Shown here: piece after piece, positions 48,712-56,132 of the stretch
How positions within the stretch are numbered: position 1 is the first letter of the stretch
Layout: every line of letters starts with the position of its first letter
Assembly: GCA_030949995.1 (NCBI GenBank)
Contig: JAUZRY010000009.1
Coordinates: 6,195-70,194, forward strand
DNA length: 64,000 bases
From: Ardenticatenia bacterium
GTDB lineage: Bacteria > Chloroflexota > Anaerolineae > Ardenticatenales > Ardenticatenaceae
Reading direction: 5' to 3'
The notes under the pieces: model-generated
Database searches by the model: none
What the model was told of the DNA's origin: nothing
Seen by the model: only the letters and a program-made list of their open reading frames with translations
Position numbers and translations under genes: made by a program

Positions 48712-49301
48712 CTCTGCTCCATGCGCTCGGCTTCATAGGTCAAGATGATCGCTTGGGCGATTTCCCGCATGGGGCGGCGGGTATTCATGCTCATCTTCTG
48801 GATCTTGCGAAAGGCCTCAGCCTCGGTGAGCCCGTCGCGGTCCATCAGGATGCCCTTGGCACGGTCCACCAGCTTGCGAGTCTCCAAGGCTTCCTTGAGG
48901 TCCTGGACTTGTGTTTCAAGCTGTCGGAATTCCTTGAAGCGCTCAATGGCCACTTCGATGGCCGGTGTCAAGTCACTTTCACGGAACGGCTTCACCAGGT
49001 AGCCCACGACGCCGGCTTCCTTGGCCTTCTCGATCAGGTCCCGTTGGCCGAATGCCGTGAGCAGCAGGACGGGGGCAATGCGCTCTTCGGTGAGGATGCG
49101 GGCGGCTTCAATGCCGTCCATATCGGGCATTTTGATGTCCATGATGACGAGATCAGGTTTCAGCTCGCGGGCCAGGCTGACGGCCGTGCGGCCATCACCG
49201 GCCTCTCCGACAATGAGATAGCCCAACGAGGTCAACATTTCCTTGAGGTCCATGCGAATGATGGACTCGTCGTCGGCGATCACGATACGTGTGCGCTTCA
49301 T
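48708..49301 (-). CDS. pdtaR: Response regulator with ANTAR RNA-binding output domain (PdtaR-like)
   Basis: REC domain IVIADDE...DLVIMDIKMPDMDG...GYLVKP. ANTAR domain LETRKLVDRAKGILMDRDGLTEAEAFRKIQKMSMNTRRPMREIA. Confidence 0.85.
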   Translation of the reverse strand: MKRTRIVIADDESIIRMDLKEMLTSLGYLIVGEAGDGRTAVSLARELKPDLVIMDIKMPDMDGIEAARILTEERIAPVLLLTAFGQRDLIEKAKEAGVVGYLVKPFRESDLTPAIEVAIERFKEFRQLETQVQDLKEALETRKLVDRAKGILMDRDGLTEAEAFRKIQKMSMNTRRPMREIAQAIILTYEAERMEQR

Positions 49302-49328
49302 GCCTGCCCTCCCAGAGAAGTTGGAACT

Positions 49329-50780
49329 TCAGCCGAACGGCTCCCACTCGCCGACTGTCACCTTGGGGAACGTAATGATAGCCGATACCCCTTGTCCGTT
49401 GTGCAGCTCGAAGTGGCCCCGCAAGTCCTGCCGAACCACTGTGCGCACGATGTGTAATCCTAAGCTGCTGTTGTGTTCCAAGTCGAAGTTCGCCGGCAAT
49501 CCCGCGCCGTCGTCCTGGACAAGGATGCGCACGTGGTCGCCCTCGTCCACTAGGCGGACGGTAATGGTGCCTGTATTGAGCCCGTTGAAGCCGTGTTCCA
49601 GGGCATTCAGCAACAGTTCGTTGATCACCAGCGCGCACATGGTGGTCTGCTGCGGGGGCAGGAAGATGGGCGGCCCCTCAACGTGGAAGGAAATGTGCTT
49701 GGCGGGGTCCAAGATGCCTTCCCGCACTTGGTTGACAATGCGTACGGTCACATCGCGCAGGTTGATGGTGAGCCCCTCGTGTTGCGAGAGGAACTCGTGG
49801 ACCACGGCCACACTCAGGATGCGGTGGATGCTCTCGGAGAGGGCCTGGCGTGTTTCCTCGTGTGTGGCCCTCCGGGCCTGGATGCGCAGGAGGGATGCAA
49901 TCGTCTGGAGGTTGTTCTTCACGCGGTGATGGATTTCCTGCACCATGGCCCGGCGCACCGCTTGCTCCTCGGCCTTGCGGCGGGTCAAGGTGGCATCGTG
50001 GATGGTGACCAGCACGGTCACGCGGCGTGGGTGCCCGACCCCGTGGGAGAACAAGTGGTCAAAGGGCGGAGGAAGCCGCCAACGGGGCCCCACCAGGGGA
50101 ATGACCTTGCGTATCCAGATGCGGTCGCCCTCGGTGGTCTCGTGCTCGAAGGCACGGCGCTGATCCAACGCTCTTGCCACCAACTCGCTGTCAGCCGTGT
50201 GGAGCTGGCTGACCGGCAGGCCGATGAGCTCGCCGTAGTAGCCCAGCCGGCGGTAATGGTGGCTGCCCAAGCCGCTGAGGTACGTGATGATGCCTTGGGC
50301 GTCCACGAGCATGATACCATCGTGTTCCCGAAAGGGGGAGAGCTCGTCGAAGCCGTGGACATCCCCGCGGAGCAGCATGTCCCGCAGGTCCAGCAGGGCG
50401 CGCCGGAAGGGCCACCGGCGGGTGCGGTGGCGCTCGTGCTCGATCAGGCTCTTCTCCACGCTGAGCACGCCCACAAGTTGTCCGCCCTCGTAGATGGGAT
50501 GGGCCTCTTGGACGATGTGGGCGCGGAATCCTTCCTGGTGGCGGGGGCTGCGGGTTGGCCGGCCGGTGCTCAACACCCGGGCGAGGGCCGGTTGTTCCCC
50601 TGGCGCCAGGGAGATGCCGACCCGACGCACGCGGTATACGGGGGGGACGGAATGGGGAGCAGCTTGCTCCACGAGCAACAAGCTGCCGTCCGGCTGTGTG
50701 GCGTACAGGAGCACATCAGCCCGGTTCAAGTCGGCAAAGATGGACAAGCTCGACGCTATGAGCTCCAAAAGGGATGACAT
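49329..50780 (-). CDS. pdtaS: Sensor histidine kinase, GAF/PAS plus HisKA_2-type (PdtaS-like)
   Basis: H-box EIHHRVKNNLQTIASLLRIQ. ATPase domain NELLLNALEHGF...VQDDGAGLP...SLGLHIV. Start chosen at MSSLLELI; the ORF extends to 50897. Confidence 0.8.
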   Translation of the reverse strand: MSSLLELIASSLSIFADLNRADVLLYATQPDGSLLLVEQAAPHSVPPVYRVRRVGISLAPGEQPALARVLSTGRPTRSPRHQEGFRAHIVQEAHPIYEGGQLVGVLSVEKSLIEHERHRTRRWPFRRALLDLRDMLLRGDVHGFDELSPFREHDGIMLVDAQGIITYLSGLGSHHYRRLGYYGELIGLPVSQLHTADSELVARALDQRRAFEHETTEGDRIWIRKVIPLVGPRWRLPPPFDHLFSHGVGHPRRVTVLVTIHDATLTRRKAEEQAVRRAMVQEIHHRVKNNLQTIASLLRIQARRATHEETRQALSESIHRILSVAVVHEFLSQHEGLTINLRDVTVRIVNQVREGILDPAKHISFHVEGPPIFLPPQQTTMCALVINELLLNALEHGFNGLNTGTITVRLVDEGDHVRILVQDDGAGLPANFDLEHNSSLGLHIVRTVVRQDLRGHFELHNGQGVSAIITFPKVTVGEWEPFG

Positions 50781-50914
50781 CGCTATGCGTTGTCCCGCCT
50801 GTGGGATGCAAGATCGCTCTGGGATTCGTGTGGAACAGGTGATGTGTTGTCCAGCACGTCGACCACATCCGCTCTGAGGCCGCGAGCACATTCTCAAAGT
50901 GGGCCGCCAGAGGG

Positions 50915-50920
50915 ATTATA
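50915..50920 (-). promoter_or_regulatory. Candidate -10 hexamer (TATAAT on the minus strand) upstream of pdtaS
   Basis: The minus strand reads TTTACG-17 nt-TATAAT, about 135 nt upstream of the pdtaS start. Confidence 0.35.
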
Positions 50921-50980
50921 CTCCAAAACCCGGGGAGCGTAAAACAGGAAGTCAACGGTTAAAATCCGGTGCCGGGGCCT

Positions 50981-51009
50981 TTGACAAGGCCATGACCACG
51001 TGTTACGAT
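50981..51009 (+). promoter_or_regulatory. Candidate sigma70-type promoter (TTGACA-17 nt-TACGAT)
   Basis: Consensus -35 TTGACA at 50981-50986 and TACGAT at 51004-51009, about 75 nt upstream of the Pro/Thr-rich gene. Confidence 0.55.
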
Positions 51010-51085
51010 ACTCTTCGGGGGATGTGGGGATTCACGGGGAACTCAGGGACAGAGGGGGCCCGAGCTCACGGAAGAAGGTGGAGAG

Positions 51086-51766
51086 ATGACACCGTTGCGG
51101 CGCTGGTACCGACAGCTCAGCCCACGACAGCGCAGTGTATACGCCCTCTTCCTGACGATTATCGCGCTGACGTTGCCCTGTTACTTGGTCGGGCTGACCC
51201 TCCTCGTCGCCCTGCCGCCGTTGGACACGTCCACCCCGAACATGCCCCGCCCCACGGCCACATTCGTGCCGCCAGCGGTGCCTACCACGGCCATCCCTAC
51301 AGCCACGATTCCGCCGACGGCGACTCCCTTGCCCACAGCCACGCTGCCGCCCACGGCTACTTCGGAGCCCTCGCCCACGCCGACACCCGTGCCCACGGCC
51401 ACGCCGGCGCCCAGTCCCACGCCTCTGCCGACGGCCACGCTGCCGCCCACGGCTACTTCGGAGCCCTCACCCACGCCGACACCCGTGCCCACGGCCACGC
51501 CCGCAAGCACGCCGGTGCGGCCGACCCCCACGCCGGCGCCCACGTTCACGCCGACTGTGGAGCCCACCCAGGTGGCCGTGCCCTCGCCCACGCCTACAGC
51601 CACGCTTGCGCCGGCGCTGCCCACGGCGACGCCGGTGCCTACCACGCCGCCCACGGAAACGCCAACCCCGGAGCCGCCCACGCCGACGCCGGTGCCCACG
51701 ACGCTGCCCACGGAAACGCCGGCGACACCCACGCCTGCGCCGACGTCCACGCCAGGGGGCGGGTAG
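51086..51766 (+). CDS. Membrane-anchored Pro/Thr-rich low-complexity protein
   Basis: GGTGGAG RBS. TM segment VYALFLTIIALTLPCYLVGLTLLVAL followed by about 170 aa of P/T/A repeats. The other frames over this region give Arg/Gly-rich nonsense. Confidence 0.65.
   Translation: MTPLRRWYRQLSPRQRSVYALFLTIIALTLPCYLVGLTLLVALPPLDTSTPNMPRPTATFVPPAVPTTAIPTATIPPTATPLPTATLPPTATSEPSPTPTPVPTATPAPSPTPLPTATLPPTATSEPSPTPTPVPTATPASTPVRPTPTPAPTFTPTVEPTQVAVPSPTPTATLAPALPTATPVPTTPPTETPTPEPPTPTPVPTTLPTETPATPTPAPTSTPGGG
51326..51517 (+). repeat. Two tandem copies of a 96-bp unit inside the Pro/Thr-rich gene
   Basis: The 65-nt core at 51341-51405 recurs at 51437-51501 with one mismatch. It encodes TLPPTATSEPSPTPTPVPTATP twice. 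Confidence 0.85.
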
Positions 51767-51887
51767 AGCGGGAGCAAAGGCCATGGCGGCGCATGGGCCC
51801 AGAAGAGGTCAGAGACGTGGCCGGCGCCGTGGTCACCCAACGCGCCGGGGAAGCCGGCGGGGCCGGCGGACGCCATCCCGATGTTGG

Positions 51888-52985
51888 GTGGAAGTCACTG
51901 TGCCCCGTGGGCTGGAAGCCGTGGCCGCCGATGAGGTGGAGGAGCGCTTCGGCGCACGAGTGCGCCTCCACGATGTGGCCCCGCCGGGGGCTGTGGCCTT
52001 TGATTTCGGCGGTCCCCTTGAGGAGCTGCTGGCCTTGCGCACGGTGTTGGCCGTCTACCTGTGCCGGCGTTATCCGGTGCCGCGGCCCAAGGCGCTCCTG
52101 GGCCACCAGCACTTTCGGGAGCTGCTGGCCCAAGTGAACGCCGTGCAGCGGCTCATGCCGCCTGCTGCCTTCCGCCTGTTGGCCCTGAGCGCGGCCGGGG
52201 CGCACACGCCGGTGATGGAGCGCTTGAAGGACGAGTTGGCCGCGGCCACAGGCTTGGCAGTGGCATCCCACGAGGGTGACCTCCAAATCCGACTGCGCCG
52301 GCCCGTGGACGGCCGTCCCGGGTGGGATGTGCTCGTACGCCTCACGCCGCGCCCCCTGTCAGCTCGCCCCTGGCGCGTGTGCCATCTGGAGGGCGGGCTC
52401 AACGCCGCTATTGCTGCGGCCATGGTCTGCCTGACGCGTCCACGGGCTGATGATGTCATTTTCAACCCAGGATGTGGCTCGGGGACCTTGCTGGTGGAGC
52501 GCCTGGCCGTGGGGCCGGCGCGCCGCGCCATCGGGTGTGATACCGACCCCCAGGCGTTGGCTTGTGCGCGCCGGAACGTGGAGGCTGCCGGGGTGGCAGC
52601 GCACGTGGAGCTCTATTCCTGGGACGCGCGCGCAACGCCCCTCCCGTCAGCGTCAGTAGATGTGATCTGCGCAGATCTCCCTTTCGGCCACCTGGTGGGC
52701 TCCCACGAGGAAAACGTTGAGCTCTATCCGGCCCTGGTGGACGAGGCCGCGCGAGTGGCCAAACCCGGCGCGCGGGCGGCCTTCATCACGCACGAAGTGC
52801 GCCTGATGGAGGACGTGATGGCCCACCACCCGATCTGGGAGCTGCGCCATGTGGTGCGCGTGACCCAAGGAGGGCTCCACCCGCGCATCTTTGTCGCCGT
52901 CCGGCGATGCAAAAGCCCCGTCACACAACGTGATGTTCACGTGCCAGGACCCCCTCCACAAAGCGGTCGTAGCGCAGGGGAGTAA
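51888..52985 (+). CDS. THUMP-domain class I SAM-dependent RNA methyltransferase
   Basis: GTG start giving VEVTVPRGLEAVAADEV (THUMP-type N-terminus). SAM motif I FNPGCGSGTLLVE. Motif IV ICADLPFG. The 3' end overlaps the convergent gene by 65 nt, so the true stop may lie earlier. Confidence 0.7.
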   Translation: MEVTVPRGLEAVAADEVEERFGARVRLHDVAPPGAVAFDFGGPLEELLALRTVLAVYLCRRYPVPRPKALLGHQHFRELLAQVNAVQRLMPPAAFRLLALSAAGAHTPVMERLKDELAAATGLAVASHEGDLQIRLRRPVDGRPGWDVLVRLTPRPLSARPWRVCHLEGGLNAAIAAAMVCLTRPRADDVIFNPGCGSGTLLVERLAVGPARRAIGCDTDPQALACARRNVEAAGVAAHVELYSWDARATPLPSASVDVICADLPFGHLVGSHEENVELYPALVDEAARVAKPGARAAFITHEVRLMEDVMAHHPIWELRHVVRVTQGGLHPRIFVAVRRCKSPVTQRDVHVPGPPPQSGRSAGE

Positions 52986-54081
52986 TGTCCACCGTGTGGG
53001 CTTGGCCGTCCAGAATTTCCTCGGCCACCAGGAGTCCGGCCACCGGGCCGTGCATGAAGCCGTGGCCGCTGAATCCCGTGACGGCGTAAAGGCCCTCCAC
53101 AGAAGAGAGGCGGCCGATGATGGGATTGTGGTCCGGCGTGACCTCGTAGAGGCCGGCCCATTGAGCTTGGAGCTCCGCGTCGGCCAAGGGTGGCAGCCGC
53201 CGAACGGCCCATTCTAGGTGGATCAATGTCCACTCGTGATCCACTTCCGTCTTGAAGCCAAAGGTCTCGTTGGGGTTGGACATGCCCGTGAGCACACCCC
53301 CCGATTCCCAGTGGAAGTAGAGGCGGTGGTGGAAGTCGATCACGAAGGGAAAGTCGCGCGTCATCCAGGGCACAGGGCGTGTGACCGCGATCTGGCGGCG
53401 CAGTGGCCGTACGGGCAGGGGAACGCCGGCCATCTCGCCCACCACCCCGGCCCACGGGCCGGCGGCAATCACCACGTGTTCGGTGGCAATGCGGCCACGG
53501 GGGGTCTGCACACCCGCGACCCGTCCCTTCACGACCTCGATGCCGGTGACCGGTGTGTCCGTGAACAGGGTGGCACCCAGGCGCCGCGCCTGTTTGACGT
53601 ATCCCATGACCACGCTGTGGGGATCACAGAGCCCATCCCGGCCGTAGAAGGTCCCCCCTTGGATGCCCTCCACGTTGAGCTGGGGCACGCGGCGGGCGAT
53701 TTCCTCCACGCTCAGCCACTCGGTGGCCACGCCTAGACGGTGTTGGAGGGTCATGTGCTCCCGGAACGCGGCCACTTCCTCGTCTGTGGTGAGGAGGAAG
53801 AGGTACCCACATTGGTTGAGCCCAATGTCCTGCTCCATCTCCTCGGGGAAGCGCTCCAACATGCGGATGCTCTCGATGGAGAGGCGGATGTTGACTTCGG
53901 TGGTGAACTGGTGGCGAATGCCGCCCGCACAGGCGCCGGTGGCGCCTTGGCCGAAAAAGTCAGCCCGCTCCAACACCACGACGCGCCGGCACCCTTTTCT
54001 GGCCAGGTGGTAGGCGGTGCTGGTGCCCATCACGCCGCCACCGATGATGACCACGTCGGCTGTAGGTGGCACCGTTGTCAT
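52921..54081 (-). CDS. FAD-dependent oxidoreductase, sarcosine-oxidase-beta/DAO family
   Basis: ADVVIIGGGVMGTSTAYHLA...VVVLE, and C-terminal VTGFSGHGFMHGPVAG. Confidence 0.8.
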   Translation of the reverse strand: MTTVPPTADVVIIGGGVMGTSTAYHLARKGCRRVVVLERADFFGQGATGACAGGIRHQFTTEVNIRLSIESIRMLERFPEEMEQDIGLNQCGYLFLLTTDEEVAAFREHMTLQHRLGVATEWLSVEEIARRVPQLNVEGIQGGTFYGRDGLCDPHSVVMGYVKQARRLGATLFTDTPVTGIEVVKGRVAGVQTPRGRIATEHVVIAAGPWAGVVGEMAGVPLPVRPLRRQIAVTRPVPWMTRDFPFVIDFHHRLYFHWESGGVLTGMSNPNETFGFKTEVDHEWTLIHLEWAVRRLPPLADAELQAQWAGLYEVTPDHNPIIGRLSSVEGLYAVTGFSGHGFMHGPVAGLLVAEEILDGQAHTVDITPLRYDRFVEGVLAREHHVV

Positions 54082-54141
54082 GCTTTGACCTCCTTGACCT
54101 CATGTCCACTTGATCACTTCAAAGCCACTGGTGGGCCAGCT

Positions 54142-55120
54142 TTATAGTTCAATAAGCGTGCCCAGCCCCTGACGCTCCGCCCGTGTGAGCAGACGGTCGG
54201 CAGCAGCCACATCCTGAATGGCCAGGCCCACGCTCTTGAAGACGGTGATCTGGAGGGGAGACGTGCGCCCCTGATGGCGTCCCAACACGATCTCGCCGAG
54301 CTCCACCACGCTGTTGGGGTCGAGCAGGCCGGCTCGCCGGGCCTGGATAAGCTCACCGGCTTCGGCCCACGCGGCTTCGGCGTGGTCCACGACCACAAGA
54401 GCGTCGGCCAGCACCTCGAGGGGCACTTCTCCCATATCGGGCGTGAAACTGCCAATAGCATTGATGTGAGTGCCGGGCCGCACGGCCTCGGCGGGGAAAA
54501 GGGGAGTGCGGCTGGGCGTGGCCGTGCAAATGATGTCAGCATCTTGGACGGCTTGGACGGGGTCGTCGGCGGCGTACACGGTAATTTCCGGGTGGGCGGT
54601 GGCCACGTCCCGGGCGAGCCGGCGGGCGGAGTTGGCCCGAGCGGCTGAGAATGCGCACTTCCCGAATCGGGCGCACGGCCAACACGGCCTCCACTTGAGC
54701 CGGCGCTTGGGCGCCAGCGCCAAAGAGTGTCAGCACAGCGCTCTCCGGGCAGGCGAGCAGCCTGGTGGCCAACCCACTGGCTGCGCCTGTGCGCAGGGCG
54801 GTGAGGGCGGTGCCGTCCACAATGGCCTTGGGGCGCCCTGTGGTGGCGTCCAGCAGGATGACGATGGCGGAGATCGTGGGAAGGCCCCGGCGAGCGTTTT
54901 GTTCGTACACGGAGACGATCTTCTGGCCCAAGGCGTGATTCTGTTTCAAATAGGCGGGCATGAAAAGGGTGATGCCGTCCGGCGTGACCAAACGAGTGCG
55001 CAGGGGCACGTCAACTTCGCCGGCTGCCAATTGGGCAAAGGCGCCACGCATGGCCTCAATGCAGGCGGACATGGGAAGGGCGCGTTGTACATCTTCAGCC
55101 GTGAGGACGCGAATCCGCAT
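54142..55120 (-). CDS. Ornithine cyclodeaminase/mu-crystallin family protein; apparent frameshift near 54633-54642
   Basis: MRIRVLTAEDVQRALPMSACIEAMRGAF...GTALTALRTGAASG...LFGAGAQA (ORF 54536..55474), then ADIICTATPSRTPLF...GTHINAIGSF...ITVFKSVGLAIQD (ORF 54142..54723). Confidence 0.8.
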
Positions 55121-55298
55121 CACATTTCCCCCCTTTCCTTCATGTTGGCCGGTAAACCGGGTGCCGCCGGCGCCGCATCGCGTCACACAGGGGAGAGCAC
55201 AGATGTGCCGTGCCCAAGAGGAGACATTATGTAGGCTACTCAAGCCAGAGGTTTTGACAAATCGACGGGCTGGCCCGCGCTGATGGGGAACGGAGAGA

Positions 55299-56132
55299 TC
55301 AGGTGTCCAGCAGCTCGCGGGCCAGGCGAAGGGCCGCGCCAGCGGCCACGAGAGGCCAACCGGCCATTCCCAAGGCCCACCAGAGGCCGTGAACGCGCGG
55401 GGCAGGTCCCACAGCCGGCGAGTGCTCCGGCGGGCTGAGGGGCACGTTAGCCAAGCAGGGGCCGCTCTGTTCAATGTTGGGCACAGTGCCCCAGAGCCAC
55501 AGCCCCCCTTCAGCCGGCCAGAGGAGCCCAGTAGGGCCGGACCGCGCGCTGCTCTCTCCGTGATGCAGCCGCCGCAGGGGCCACGTGGTTTCCGGAATCT
55601 GTTGGGGAACCTGGGCCATGCGCGTTAGGGCATGGGCGCGCTCACGTTGCTCTGCAGCGATGACGAGCCGGCGCGCGTCCCACCGGCGTGCCTCGGTGAC
55701 GACACCCAACACGCGCCCCTCGATGACGCTTATGCCCCGCACACGCGTGCACACCACTTTGACGCCTGCTTCACCGGCGCGATCGGCCAAGGCGGGCAGC
55801 AGGCGAGCAGCGTCGTACCAGAGGGCCGGCACACGGCGAGGGGCGCTCTCCTCGGCCACCCACTCAGCCTCGCCGAATCGCAGGCCGGGGAGGGCGTTCC
55901 CATGGTGTTCCAGGTGCTCCCAGCCGGACTGGGCCAACGCCTGCCGTTCGGCCCCGCCGATGAGGGGTACAGTCATCCACTCGGCCGGGCCGGGGGGAGG
56001 GCGGAAAGGGGCTTCTAGAACCAGTACAGTCCGCCGGCCGGCCAACCCCAGGCGATGGGCCACAAGCAGGGCGGCCACGCCCTCCCCGATGACAATCACC
56101 TCGGCCTTGCCGGGCCGGGCCAGATCACGCAC
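55299..56132 (-). CDS. Short FAD-oxidoreductase-like protein with degenerate dinucleotide-binding motif
   Basis: EVIVIGEGVAALLVAHRLGLAGRRTVLVLE (GxGxxA instead of GxGxxG). 277 aa. There is an 8-nt overlap with the AOR stop. Confidence 0.5.
   Translation of the reverse strand: MRDLARPGKAEVIVIGEGVAALLVAHRLGLAGRRTVLVLEAPFRPPPGPAEWMTVPLIGGAERQALAQSGWEHLEHHGNALPGLRFGEAEWVAEESAPRRVPALWYDAARLLPALADRAGEAGVKVVCTRVRGISVIEGRVLGVVTEARRWDARRLVIAAEQRERAHALTRMAQVPQQIPETTWPLRRLHHGESSARSGPTGLLWPAEGGLWLWGTVPNIEQSGPCLANVPLSPPEHSPAVGPAPRVHGLWWALGMAGWPLVAAGAALRLARELLDT

Noticed and set aside
51230-51760. The repetitive region, considered as a possible CRISPR array or other non-coding repeat
   Set aside because: The repeats are in-frame coding repeats of 96 bp without unique spacers of regular length. 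No cas genes are nearby.
50899-52137. ORFs 50899..52137 (+), the 5' part of 51606..52985 (+) and 51181..51876 (-) over the Pro/Thr-rich gene
   Set aside because: These are other reading frames of a CCN/ACN-rich repeat region and give poly-Arg, Gly/Val or His/Ala nonsense. Only the frame with an N-terminal TM helix, RBS and promoter (51086..51766) is plausible. The THUMP methyltransferase most likely starts at GTG 51888.
52921-52985. 65-nt convergent overlap between the THUMP methyltransferase and the SoxB-like oxidase, considered as a meaningful antisense arrangement
   Set aside because: The methyltransferase tail beyond about IFVAVRR is non-conserved-looking sequence. Given the indel error rate of this contig, a missed stop or frame error is more likely than a functional overlap.
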